64,000 nt of DNA from Lentisphaerota bacterium (GCA_030590485.1 JAUUYL010000001.1:21760-85759); one strand, 5' to 3'. Shown: positions 20,572 through 30,669, counted from the stretch's first letter. Numbers and translations are program-made. Notes: generated by a model not told the origin, from the letters alone.

Positions 20572-21359
20572 ATATTATGAGGCAAATCGTCAATTCCTAA
20601 AACTCTCGGATCGTATTGATTTGTATATTCGGTTGGCGTTATAATCGAGAACCTTTTTTCAGCACACTGTTTCGTATATTCTGATATTTCATTAAGAAAT
20701 CTTGTCTGGTACTCCTGGCTTTTCAAGTAGTGTTGTTTGAATTCGGGCGTTGATCTATCATGCTTTGGCTTTGAGTCATTACAATGCAGATTCTCCCCAT
20801 GATCAATCAGTTTTGACCAACCATCAATTCCAGCAGCATATACGTTTTTTCCGCCCATCACAAAAGCAACTCCACACCCCAATACAGCAACACTCTTACA
20901 GGATGCTTGGATAACACCGTTCTTTATATCAAAGGCGTTGTCATTATCCCCTTTGTACATAATATACTCATACTCCCTACTTATCCTTTTTTCTATTTCA
21001 TAGCGAGGATAATGAACACTGAGCAAAAGCCTTGCACTGCATGTATTTAATCGATCACTAAACTGATCAAAGCGATTATGACTTGTAAACATTACATAAT
21101 CGTACTTCGGTAATATGTCAAAACAGTTATTAACACCTATAACTATAGGGTTTCTCTCTTTGATAAATGCGAGAATCTTCTCTCGATACTTTTTTACAGA
21201 TGGACCTGCAGCTATAATTAATATGTCTCGCCCCTCATGACGATTGTAATAGCTGGGTTTTCTATACCAGACCCATCGGCGTTTTCTCGGTCGCAGTAGC
21301 TTTTTCAGCCTTCGTCCAATAGCATAAAGTTTCTGATCCGGATAGCTCATACCATTCAC
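20568..21359 (-). CDS. DUF115 / MptE-like domain protein (Maf-type; putative nonulosonic-acid or Kdo transferase)
   Basis: ILIIAAGPSVKK...IGVNNCFDILPKYDYVMFTSHNRF fits the GxGPS ... PDY pattern of the MAF_flag10/MptE-like domain. Confidence 0.45.
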   Translation of the reverse strand: MNGMSYPDQKLYAIGRRLKKLLRPRKRRWVWYRKPSYYNRHEGRDILIIAAGPSVKKYREKILAFIKERNPIVIGVNNCFDILPKYDYVMFTSHNRFDQFSDRLNTCSARLLLSVHYPRYEIEKRISREYEYIMYKGDNDNAFDIKNGVIQASCKSVAVLGCGVAFVMGGKNVYAAGIDGWSKLIDHGENLHCNDSKPKHDRSTPEFKQHYLKSQEYQTRFLNEISEYTKQCAEKRFSIITPTEYTNQYDPRVLGIDDLPHNI

Positions 21360-22888
21360 CCTAAATGAGAAAACTTCTCGGAAAATTCTTTTGAAAGCTT
21401 AGCGAACATTTCATTTCCTCGGTCATCAAATTTTTCGGCGATTTCTATATCGCAAAACCTATCTTCAGGGAACCGTAAGTAAAAATGAAAAGTCCGCTGC
21501 AACCCATTTAATTCCTCTTTTGTTATCTGCGGCAGATCGAGAACGCTCTCCATTCTAACCCCGCCATCTCCCACAACTTTTTCAGGATCATACAGCTTAT
21601 TGCTGATGCAATAATCATATATTTCGGTGCCCTTAAAAGGATAGAGCATATTAACATTTGCGGCATCTGGTTCACATGCTCGATTCAACATGATTGTCTC
21701 AAAAATCTGGCTTCTATCCTCTGTTGGATTACCAATAATATTCGATGTTGAGACTCTCAATCCATATTTCTTTGCCGTCTTGAATGCTTCTATAATTTTT
21801 TCGTTTGTGAAATCTCTATTAAAAACAGTTTTTCTTATTTCGGGACTTCCGCTTTCAATTGACATAGATAAGTTTATACAGCCAGCATCAACTATCGTTT
21901 TAATTGAAAAATCTGACACCGTGTTGGCGTGGGTAACAATCGAGAATGGCAGGTCTATTTCCTTTTTATATTTATCCATCAAATCAGTTATGAATTTCTT
22001 AGGAGCTAACAAAAAGTTCTCATCATGAAATTGAATCATGTTTAGCTCATACTTTTCCTTGAAATACTTTACCTCCCCAATAATCCTATCCACAGAAAAC
22101 CGTCGAAGATATCGCCCGTGATCTTTATACAGATTCATTAAGTGATTATTCACACAAAATGTACATCTATTCGGGCAACCTTTACTTATCAAAAAGTTTC
22201 CTGTGCGATAAACCTTCCCTCCTAATGGCCTCCAGATATGCTTATCGCTGAAAAGCCCCCAATCCTGATAGGGCATTTCATCTAATTGTATCAATGCCCG
22301 AAGTCTGTTTTTGTGTATTACTCCTGTGGAATCTTTTACCCACAAATTCTCTATATCGTCAACAGGTTTATTGCTGCTTAAGTTTTTAAGAAGATCAGAT
22401 AAAGCCCCTTCACCTTCACCAACACAGACGACATCAACCCAGTCGTAATTTATAATTTCTTCAGGCACTGTCGTAGGCAGAATCCCACCAGCGACAACCG
22501 GGATATCTCTTTCTTTAGCATGAGGCAACAGTTTTCTAGACAAGGGAAGCATGTTTTCAGTTAAACTGACAGCAATCAAATCAGGCTTCTCAATATCTAA
22601 AGACGCCTCAAATGCCTGCTCAATCGACACCTTTTCCCAATCGGCCCCATACTCAGATAAGTCAGCCTTTTTTACCTGGAAAGTTTCATACCTCCTGTCG
22701 TCATCTGATAGCTCATCACCTTCTTTCATAAAAGTCGTATCAAACAAGCAAACATCCCACTCTGCTTTTTTCGCAACTGAAACTAAATACCCCAAGCTTA
22801 GTGGTATCCGACTACACATCAACACATTGGGGTATAAAAACATTATCTTCATATAATACTTCTCATTCCACACCTCACGACCAGTCAA
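21356..22888 (-). CDS. B12-binding-domain radical SAM enzyme (class B; candidate sugar C-methyltransferase or epimerase)
   Basis: N-terminal cobalamin-binding Rossmann region followed by FLISKGCPNRCTFCVNN (CX3CX2C). Confidence 0.8.
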   Translation of the reverse strand: MTGREVWNEKYYMKIMFLYPNVLMCSRIPLSLGYLVSVAKKAEWDVCLFDTTFMKEGDELSDDDRRYETFQVKKADLSEYGADWEKVSIEQAFEASLDIEKPDLIAVSLTENMLPLSRKLLPHAKERDIPVVAGGILPTTVPEEIINYDWVDVVCVGEGEGALSDLLKNLSSNKPVDDIENLWVKDSTGVIHKNRLRALIQLDEMPYQDWGLFSDKHIWRPLGGKVYRTGNFLISKGCPNRCTFCVNNHLMNLYKDHGRYLRRFSVDRIIGEVKYFKEKYELNMIQFHDENFLLAPKKFITDLMDKYKKEIDLPFSIVTHANTVSDFSIKTIVDAGCINLSMSIESGSPEIRKTVFNRDFTNEKIIEAFKTAKKYGLRVSTSNIIGNPTEDRSQIFETIMLNRACEPDAANVNMLYPFKGTEIYDYCISNKLYDPEKVVGDGGVRMESVLDLPQITKEELNGLQRTFHFYLRFPEDRFCDIEIAEKFDDRGNEMFAKLSKEFSEKFSHLG

Positions 22889-22890
22889 AC

Positions 22891-24507
22891 TTACGCATCA
22901 AACAGCTCTAACAACCCCTCAATTGCAGCCCACCCCATATTCTTTATAGCTCGGTTACTGCTTCCTGCAATATGACAGGTTGTCAAAACATTATCTAATG
23001 AGTTTAATTCGCTATTTACATCAGGCTCTTGCTCATAAACATCTAAGGCCGCTCCTGCCAGCCTACCTTGTCGAAGCGCGTCAACCAAGGCAGCCTCGTC
23101 AACGATTTCCCCTCGAGCTGTATTAATCAAATAAGCCTCTTTCTTCAATTCTCCAAGAAAATCGGAATCAACGTAGTGGTTGTTTCTAGCTTCCCCGGAG
23201 ATATGCAGTGAAATTATATCGGAATTATGCTGAAGATATTTAAGCGTAACAAACTCTGCTTCTGGATGAAGCTCAGTATCCACCAAATCATTCACGAGGA
23301 TTCGTTCGGCTCCAAGAGCTGCAAATTTATCAACAACAACTGGGCCGACATGTCCATACCCAATAATACCGATTGTCATTTCAGATAATTCTTTCCCTGG
23401 AAGTTTAGACCATTTTTTTGTTCTATACCCGACCATTGATTGGTCAATACGCCGTATAAGCATCAATGCAAAAGCCAAAGTCAATTCTGCAACACTATCT
23501 GAATTCACTCCCTTGCGATAGACAAGCTCAACGTCATTCTGTTTAACTGCATCAAAATCGATATTATTGAGTCCGACCCCATATTTTGACACATACCTCA
23601 GATAAGGCAGGGATTCTATAATATCTTTAGAGAACTGCTCTGTGCCTAAAATAACACCATCTGCATCTGCAAGAAAATCAATTAACGCTTGCCCTTTTAG
23701 TTTGCCATTATGACTGTTAACAACAGCATCGGGAAAATACCTCTCAAGCTCCTTTACCAAATACTCATCTTGCGAGAAAGTCTTTGATGTTACAGCAATT
23801 TTGTAATTACCCGTTGCAGATTGGAACCTAACTTTCGGAAGAGACTTTAAAGAACTATATTCTCCCGCAGCATTATAAATACTAATTCCATGACCCAGCA
23901 GTAAAAGCTTAACCTTCATCAACCAATTCTCAAGGTCAGGGTAGCAATATTCTTGATTTAGCTCTATCTGACGCGCACTCAAATGGATGCTTTCGTCAAA
24001 ATATGGATTATCAAGATCTACCAATTCTCCATCAACACCAAGGACGTAAATTCTTTTGCATCCCATCCAAACAGCAAGCTGTATCTCAAACGCCAGAGAG
24101 TCTTCCACATAAACACACTCTGCCAGGTCAAATGAGAAAAATTTAGAATGTTCCGGCGAAGCAAACCTCAAATCAACCTGAATGATGCGCCCTTCCAACT
24201 TTTCCTCAATTCCCTTGTTTTCTTTCAGAACAGCTTCAGGAACCAAATACGACGCATGCGCATATTTATCTAACTCATCCTTAAATGCATCGAAACGCTT
24301 ATTACTCTGAAAACAAATATAGTCCAAATTGTATTTATCTGAAGAGTGCAATAGCTGATTACAGGCGATAGTGACCTTATCTTTCAGTAACTCCAAATTC
24401 AATTCATTTAAGTGAGGAGCGGTTCCCAGACAAAATGCATCTTTACCTTGATGCTTACCTTTTAATTCCTGTATATTCATCGCACTACATCCTCCTTGAT
24501 GACACAT
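22891..24507 (-). CDS. fusion protein: N-terminal DUF115/MptE-like domain plus C-terminal D-isomer-specific 2-hydroxyacid dehydrogenase
   Basis: N-terminus FCLGTAPHLN...VTIACNQ...NLDYICFQSNKRF is MptE-like. C-terminus IGIIGYGHVGPVVVDKF (NAD-binding GxGxxG), LINTARGEIVDEAALVDAL and CHIAGSS is the 2-Hacid_dh_C catalytic region. Confidence 0.75.
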   Translation of the reverse strand: MCHQGGCSAMNIQELKGKHQGKDAFCLGTAPHLNELNLELLKDKVTIACNQLLHSSDKYNLDYICFQSNKRFDAFKDELDKYAHASYLVPEAVLKENKGIEEKLEGRIIQVDLRFASPEHSKFFSFDLAECVYVEDSLAFEIQLAVWMGCKRIYVLGVDGELVDLDNPYFDESIHLSARQIELNQEYCYPDLENWLMKVKLLLLGHGISIYNAAGEYSSLKSLPKVRFQSATGNYKIAVTSKTFSQDEYLVKELERYFPDAVVNSHNGKLKGQALIDFLADADGVILGTEQFSKDIIESLPYLRYVSKYGVGLNNIDFDAVKQNDVELVYRKGVNSDSVAELTLAFALMLIRRIDQSMVGYRTKKWSKLPGKELSEMTIGIIGYGHVGPVVVDKFAALGAERILVNDLVDTELHPEAEFVTLKYLQHNSDIISLHISGEARNNHYVDSDFLGELKKEAYLINTARGEIVDEAALVDALRQGRLAGAALDVYEQEPDVNSELNSLDNVLTTCHIAGSSNRAIKNMGWAAIEGLLELFDA

Positions 24508-25362
24508 CTTCTAAACACTCAACAATTCCCTGCCCTAGATCAAAGAAACTGCACGAAGCCAGTTTACGCGCAACTGTAGGACGAAAGGAATATGGGGTAT
24601 ACAAATAGTGACCTTTATCGATAGAACTTGTATATTCAATGTCGATAGAATCTTCCAGTATTTCATTGATCATTTTAAATAAGTCTTCTTGAGTGATAGG
24701 CTCAAGCCCTGTCAAAGTGAATGTATTATTATGAAATTCTACATCTTCTATTATGTCAACACTCAGTTTAGCGGCATCTCTTGTATGGATATATTCCCTA
24801 ACTTCCTGCCCTGTCCCTTCATGTGAAATTTTTCCTTTAAGCGCCTGCTTCAAAAGCCGGCACATGCCGTTCGATTCATCCGCTCCGGAACCATAAAGGG
24901 ATCCATACCTCACCACTATGTAATTAATTCCACATTTTTGGTTATATTCTTCCATTATTTTCTCAGATGTAAACTTACTGATTCCATAAAAAGACCCTTT
25001 TGTACCGCAGGCATACACACTACTTGCATAGACGACAAGTTCTACGCCGGCACTCTTACTCGCTTCCAGAATATTTATATTGGCAATAACATTCAACTGC
25101 ATTGATTCAAGCGGTAGATCCTTAGCTTTATTCAAATCAGCCAAACCGGCAAAATTATACACAATTTCAACACCAGTATCCATTACAGCAGAAACATCAT
25201 CTGGATTCATAATATCACAATAGACAAACTTACACTTTTGATTAGCTTGTGAAGGTTCATCTAAATCAGCGATGACAACTTGGTATCCGCGCTCTATTAG
25301 TTCACAAACAATACTGCTCCCAACATACCAGAACCGCCAAAAACAGCAACCAACTTACTCAT
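24485..25362 (-). pseudogene. NAD-dependent epimerase/dehydratase (SDR) disrupted by a -1 frameshift near 25319..25321
   Basis: ATG at complement 25360..25362 encodes MSKLVAVFGGSGMLG (GxxGxxG), then hits TAA after 21 codons. The +2 frame continues SSIVCELIERGYQVVIADLDEP... into track ORF 24485..25210, which carries the YxxxK-type motifs. One missing G in a GGG run would restore the frame. Confidence 0.6.
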
Positions 25363-25422
25363 TGCATTAAACCCTTCTTTTCTATGATGCTTGTTTAGCT
25401 GCCAATCATATTACAGCTTTTT

Positions 25423-26121
25423 TCACAGACCTTCAATAAATGTTAAAATATTTTGCGCACGCTTATCCCATGTATACTCCTGAACATCCTCTCGTGCCTG
25501 TTTGCCAAGTTCAGTCGACAATTCCGGTTTATCCAATAATGATTGAATGGAATCAGCTAGCTTATCAACATTGCCAGCTTCAGATAATAGTGCATTCTTA
25601 TTACTTGTAAGGATTTCACCAAGGGACGGAAGATCACTAGCGACAATTGGCACTCCTGAAGCCATGTATTCAAATAATTTCATTGGAGAGCAATAATAAG
25701 CCATATGCTGACTCCAAGGAAATGGAATTGCAACCACATCACATGCTTTCTGCCAATATTTCACTTCATTATTTGGAACCCGATCAAGGAATTTCATATG
25801 TTCATGTGATACGCCATACTCGTCGGCGGTTCTCAAATAATTGTCCACAAGCTCCATTGGTCCTCCAACGCAGAGCAACAGAGGCGGATTCTCGGGATTA
25901 TTAGCAACTAAATGTTTCATTGACTTAACAAGCTCAGGAACTCCCTTTTCCATACCCATAGTTTGAAATCGTCCGATATAACCAACGATACTTTTTTCGA
26001 CAGGAAGATCTAATTTCTCGCGAAGTTCAATTTTTGATTCCGACACGACAAATTCGTCTAGATCAACGGCATCATGCGCTACAAGGATTTTTGCTTCAGG
26101 AAATCCGTTTTCGACAAACAA
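25423..26121 (-). CDS. glycosyltransferase family 4, C-terminal (Glycos_transf_1) half; in the same frame as 26149..26634 across a TAG
   Basis: CSPMKLFEYMASGVPIVASDLPSLGEIL. The track start is a TTG. Upstream in-frame codons read DCITENLKRL back to the TAG at 26149..26151. Confidence 0.7.
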   Translation of the reverse strand: MFVENGFPEAKILVAHDAVDLDEFVVSESKIELREKLDLPVEKSIVGYIGRFQTMGMEKGVPELVKSMKHLVANNPENPPLLLCVGGPMELVDNYLRTADEYGVSHEHMKFLDRVPNNEVKYWQKACDVVAIPFPWSQHMAYYCSPMKLFEYMASGVPIVASDLPSLGEILTSNKNALLSEAGNVDKLADSIQSLLDKPELSTELGKQAREDVQEYTWDKRAQNILTFIEGL

Positions 26122-26148
26122 TCGCTTGAGATTCTCTGTTATACAGTC

Positions 26149-26634
26149 CTAGCCTTCATGTTTTCTGATTCGTTTTATTATTTTCTCCGCTCTAGATTCT
26201 GGAAAGCGATGTGACTCAAATACGATTTTCCCTCGTATGAAGGGCCTGAACAACAACAGGCTATAGGCTATAAACAAGTCCCTGCTAAAAAAAACGATGT
26301 CTTTTCTACTCCATTGCGGCAATGTCAACAGCAAAGTCATTAGGGCATTACAAAAAGATTGAAGAAGAAAACCATACTTCTCCAGCTTTGGATGAATTCG
26401 AGAAAACATCCGCAACCAATCAATAGCAAAAAAACGCCTTATGCAGAAACTCCTGTCTATTTGGTAATAATCAAACGGATCCTTATCCAATTGCTCTTCC
26501 TGCTGGCGATAAGGATAGGTAAGACTTACTTCGCATCCCTTTTTTGAGAAAGCCTGACAGGTTTTCACAATCTGATAACCATTGGCTTTCTCTGTCGGCA
26601 GTCTAGAGTTTGTTAAATATAATATCTGTTTCAT
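26149..26634 (-). CDS. glycosyltransferase family 4, N-terminal (Glyco_trans_4-like) half, terminated by an in-frame TAG
   Basis: MKQILYLTNSRLPTEKANGYQIVKTCQAFSKKGCEVSL is a typical GT4 N-terminal domain. It ends at a TAG in frame with 25423..26121. Confidence 0.7.
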   Translation of the reverse strand: MKQILYLTNSRLPTEKANGYQIVKTCQAFSKKGCEVSLTYPYRQQEEQLDKDPFDYYQIDRSFCIRRFFAIDWLRMFSRIHPKLEKYGFLLQSFCNALMTLLLTLPQWSRKDIVFFSRDLFIAYSLLLFRPFIRGKIVFESHRFPESRAEKIIKRIRKHEG

Positions 26635-27303
26635 CTAATATTTTTCCGCACAAACTAAAAGATAATGCCCTAACCTATTTCTCCCCGGTACAGGAAGGCA
26701 CTTTAATGGGATTCTAAACAAAGCTCCTTTGGCCGTAGAAAACGACAAGATTTTAAAACGAAACTCCAGAAGCAATGCGGCAAGCGATGCTGGAGTAAAT
26801 ATAATTTTATGGTCTTCGTGTTGAGTTGAATTCCTTCCGCGAAAACTCCAATTACCTATCGAACCTATCGAAAGGGCGTTAGGAGTTGATAAAATTAGTT
26901 TTCCTCCAGGCTTTAAAACTCTATGTGTTTCTTTTATTACAGAATGAGCGTCCCAAATATGTTCAATAACTTCACCCAAATGAATGACATCAAATAAATC
27001 ATCCTCAAAGGGCATACTCATAACATTACCTTGGAAATACTCAACTGCATTTGAATTCTCAAATGACGCAGGTATTTTTAGATCCAAGCCATAAACCTTC
27101 CCACCTGAAGCCGAGACATGCGATATGATTTCTGAGTGAAAAGAACTTCCTTCCCCGACAAATCCTATATCTAAGAAACGACTGACAGCACCATCAAGAT
27201 GTGAAAATAGATAGTCTTTTCTTGAATGATGTAGTCTATTAAAAAAGTGCTTCAAGCAAGATCCGTTCTCTGTAGTGACCGATCGTTTATTCACTAACTC
27301 CAT
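26635..27303 (-). CDS. class I SAM-dependent methyltransferase (Methyltransf_11-like)
   Basis: FLDIGFVGEGSS (motif I) and VLKPGGKLILSTPN (motif post-II). Confidence 0.8.
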   Translation of the reverse strand: MELVNKRSVTTENGSCLKHFFNRLHHSRKDYLFSHLDGAVSRFLDIGFVGEGSSFHSEIISHVSASGGKVYGLDLKIPASFENSNAVEYFQGNVMSMPFEDDLFDVIHLGEVIEHIWDAHSVIKETHRVLKPGGKLILSTPNALSIGSIGNWSFRGRNSTQHEDHKIIFTPASLAALLLEFRFKILSFSTAKGALFRIPLKCLPVPGRNRLGHYLLVCAEKY

Positions 27304-27311
27304 ACCGCTCC

Positions 27312-28373
27312 TTATTGACTACTTTCATTGCCCAGCAAAAGACTTATCTTTTCAGAAACTTTTTCTAAGCTATGCATTTTCTCTGTATTGCTTCTCAAGA
27401 ATTGAGCTATTTCTCTTTTTTCATTAATTTCAAGCCTAAAAAACTCAGTTATTTTCTCAGCTAAGCCCCTCGCATTCTTGCATTCGAAAAAGAGTTCTGA
27501 ATGCATTTCGCCAGTCGTAGATTCAAAATTCTTATTGCAGTACAAAGACGGGCACCCGCAGTTAAATGCTTCAAGAACGGCCTTATCTAGAGCTCCGTCA
27601 GGACACAAATTAATATGCACAGACGATTCATGATACAAGCTAACAAGGTCGTCCCCGTAAACATTTCCTGCCAAATGTATTTGACCGCCAAGGCCAAGCT
27701 CATTGACCTTATTCTTAACTTTGTCCTCAAATTCTTCACCACCAGAAGGACAACTCCCAGCCCATGTAACATTTACTATGGCGCCACCTTTTTTCAGCAT
27801 ATCCATAGCTTCAATCAGTGTTAATGGATCTTTGATAGGAGAGATTCTCCCAACGACTAGAATTTCATTCTTTAAAAAATCTCTCTCATTAAAAGAAAAA
27901 TAATCGGAATCGATGCCATGCCCTAATTCAATAAACTTATCATGTTTGTACGGGAAAGCCCCTTTATTAATAGATACAACGTGCTTTGAGAAAAAGTAAG
28001 CTAACTTCAACTTTAACGTTAACTGGCGATGAGCATACCAAGTTACGAGTGGTATTTTTTTTATAAGTAAAATCGGCCCTGCCATTGCAGAAAATAACGG
28101 CATCATATGTGAAAAACAGCCATCATATTTATTTTTATATAATAGCCTAAATAGAATTCTATAAAACTCAAAGAATCGACGAAGTTCGCTGTAACCACTT
28201 TCCTTGCCGACCGAATACACAGAAACATTCCCTCTAACATCAATGCATCCCGCTTGCATAGTGATCACATCTATAGATTCATATTTCTTTGCTAAAGCAT
28301 TTATCCATTTTGTTGTAAAACCTAAAAATGGGTCTTTAATATCTGTAGCCAAATTAAACAATAAGAGTTTCAT
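27312..28373 (-). CDS. glycosyltransferase (GT-B, GT4/GT1-like)
   Basis: 353 aa. C-terminal GT1-like region IHLAGNVYGDDLVSLYHESSVHINLCPDGALDKAVLEAFNCGCP. Confidence 0.65.
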   Translation of the reverse strand: MKLLLFNLATDIKDPFLGFTTKWINALAKKYESIDVITMQAGCIDVRGNVSVYSVGKESGYSELRRFFEFYRILFRLLYKNKYDGCFSHMMPLFSAMAGPILLIKKIPLVTWYAHRQLTLKLKLAYFFSKHVVSINKGAFPYKHDKFIELGHGIDSDYFSFNERDFLKNEILVVGRISPIKDPLTLIEAMDMLKKGGAIVNVTWAGSCPSGGEEFEDKVKNKVNELGLGGQIHLAGNVYGDDLVSLYHESSVHINLCPDGALDKAVLEAFNCGCPSLYCNKNFESTTGEMHSELFFECKNARGLAEKITEFFRLEINEKREIAQFLRSNTEKMHSLEKVSEKISLLLGNESSQ

Positions 28374-29542
28374 TCAACATGCTCCCACATAGCGATCATT
28401 TTATCAGCTAAAGAATCTACAAGGAATCTATTAGTCAGTTGCATTTTGCCTTCTTTTGCATAGCGCGAGCTAAGTTTTTTATCGGCAAGTAGTTTTGTAA
28501 CCCCATCGCATAGTTTCAGCTTGTCTCCACAATTCGCGATGATTCCTGTTTTATCACAATCGATAAGTTCGACTGACCCACTTGTGGAAGTTGACACCAC
28601 CGGAACCCCGCTTAAATAAGATTCGAGAACAACCCGCCCAAAGCTCTCGTGATCTGATGTTAACAAAAAGACATCTGCGGCTGCATATACTTGAGGCAAC
28701 TTGTCATGTGCGACTGCCCCAAGTAAAGTAAACCTATCCTTTAGCCCTTTCTCATCAATATATTTTTTTGCTTCATCAAACATCACGCCATCACCAGCCA
28801 TCACAAAGTGAACATTATTTACATTTAATGCTATTCGTTCTGCTACTTCTATCCATAAAGGCAGGTTTTTGGGTGGATAAAAGTTACCGACAAACAAAAC
28901 AACACGCTTGCGTTTGATAGCAGGATCTATCAAACGCTTATAATATTCTTTATTCTCGTGGTCTGAGACTGGCATGAAGTTGGCGCCGACAGGAACAACA
29001 TGCAACCTCTGGAGAGAGATTCCCAAAACACTATTAACTTCGTTTTTAAGGTATTCAGAAACAACACGAACTCCATCAGAATGCCTTAGCAAATGACTTG
29101 CTACTCGATAACGCCACTGATTAAGTATATGCTCTTTCCGCCAACCTCTCGAAAAAAGATCAAAGTGCAATTGAGGAAGATACTTTGCCTTCACGAGCCG
29201 GCTGTAAAGGTAACCGACAGTACCTTCTTCCCATGGAGTCTGTACTGTCACCAGATCAGGCCGCCAGTTTTTTAAAGCAAATACAATAATACGTATCACA
29301 TCAAACAAGTAGAATATTCTGAATAATGAATTAGTCGGATAAAGGGCTAAACCGTCATCAAGAGTTTGTACACCGTACTCCTCGCTCTTTAAACTATAAC
29401 CAATAAGTCTTATTTCACTATCATTGCCGTATTTTTCACGAAGCATTGACGCATACAGCTGGTGTCGCTTACGAGTGTCACTTGTAATATTGTTTGCGGT
29501 CGAAAAAACAGACCTGTCTTTGCTCAAGATCAGAACCTTCAT
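28370..29542 (-). CDS. glycosyltransferase family 4
   Basis: HESFGRVVLESYLSGVPVVSTSTSGSVELI. Confidence 0.8.
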   Translation of the reverse strand: MKVLILSKDRSVFSTANNITSDTRKRHQLYASMLREKYGNDSEIRLIGYSLKSEEYGVQTLDDGLALYPTNSLFRIFYLFDVIRIIVFALKNWRPDLVTVQTPWEEGTVGYLYSRLVKAKYLPQLHFDLFSRGWRKEHILNQWRYRVASHLLRHSDGVRVVSEYLKNEVNSVLGISLQRLHVVPVGANFMPVSDHENKEYYKRLIDPAIKRKRVVLFVGNFYPPKNLPLWIEVAERIALNVNNVHFVMAGDGVMFDEAKKYIDEKGLKDRFTLLGAVAHDKLPQVYAAADVFLLTSDHESFGRVVLESYLSGVPVVSTSTSGSVELIDCDKTGIIANCGDKLKLCDGVTKLLADKKLSSRYAKEGKMQLTNRFLVDSLADKMIAMWEHVE

Positions 29543-30669
29543 TTAACCTCTTCTTTCAGCAAACTATCAGTCTCATCAACCATTCTGCTAAATTTAAAAG
29601 TTTTTTGGCAATATTCCAGAGCTTGCTCAACGAGCTGCTCTCTGCGAGACTGATTGTCTAAAGTAGATACCACGGCCTTTTCCAATTCGCCCAGTTCTCC
29701 AAATGGGATCAGGCACCCCGTTTTGCCATCTATGACAGCTTCACCTGTTCCTCCAACATCCGTTGCTATTACGGGAACACCAGCTAACATCGCTTCGAGA
29801 GCAACATGCGGAAGCCCTTCGTATGAAGAGTTCAAGATAAATAGATCCGATTGGAATAACAAATTTGACACTTTTTGCTTCGTTATATTTCCGGTAAAGA
29901 TAACTCGATCATTTAGCCCCTGCCTCTCCACTTGAAGATCAAGCTCTTGCCTTAAAGGTCCATCACCAACAATAACTAAACGGCAGTTATTTAACCTCTC
30001 TAATGCATCAATGATAGAAGCAACACCTTTCCAGGGAGTAAGCCGACACACTGTGATTAAAGTATTACCATTAAACTCTGGCAATGCATCGTCGCCTTCG
30101 ATAGCCTCGGGCAACTCTACTGCGTTATAAACAACCTGGATTTTTTCACTAGGAATTTTCCATGCACTAACGATTCTTTTCAAATAGTTACTTGGGGTTA
30201 TGACCTTTGCTGCATGCCTGAGTGGTGTTGTTCTAATAAAGTCCAGTATCTTTAAGACAATACCTTTAGAAGCACTTTGGTACTCATCAATAGTCCCAGT
30301 GAAAAGACCTTTGTTTCGGGCCCGCTCCCAGGCATAATCGCCCACTATCTTATGCACTGCAGGTTTTCTGGTTATAAAGGAAGCCAGCATAGATTCAAAG
30401 CCTAAGCCATTAACATAAATTAAATCTGCATTTTTCGCATACCTGACAATTACTGCAACAGTCTTCATCCAGCGCAAAGGCTTAAACACAGTACGAGCTA
30501 CTCTTATCAGAGCAAAGTTATAATGATCATCATGTTCAAGATTGTCACTAAGGGTAATAACCGAAACCCTATGCCCTCTATCAATAAACTCTGCCGCGAC
30601 CTTCGAAACATATGACGCAGGACCGCCAATATCTGGAGGGAAAATACCTGTTACTATGACAATATTCAT
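29539..30669 (-). CDS. glycosyltransferase family 4
   Basis: YEGLPHVALEAMLAGVPVIATDVGGTGEAV. Confidence 0.8.
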   Translation of the reverse strand: MNIVIVTGIFPPDIGGPASYVSKVAAEFIDRGHRVSVITLSDNLEHDDHYNFALIRVARTVFKPLRWMKTVAVIVRYAKNADLIYVNGLGFESMLASFITRKPAVHKIVGDYAWERARNKGLFTGTIDEYQSASKGIVLKILDFIRTTPLRHAAKVITPSNYLKRIVSAWKIPSEKIQVVYNAVELPEAIEGDDALPEFNGNTLITVCRLTPWKGVASIIDALERLNNCRLVIVGDGPLRQELDLQVERQGLNDRVIFTGNITKQKVSNLLFQSDLFILNSSYEGLPHVALEAMLAGVPVIATDVGGTGEAVIDGKTGCLIPFGELGELEKAVVSTLDNQSRREQLVEQALEYCQKTFKFSRMVDETDSLLKEEVK

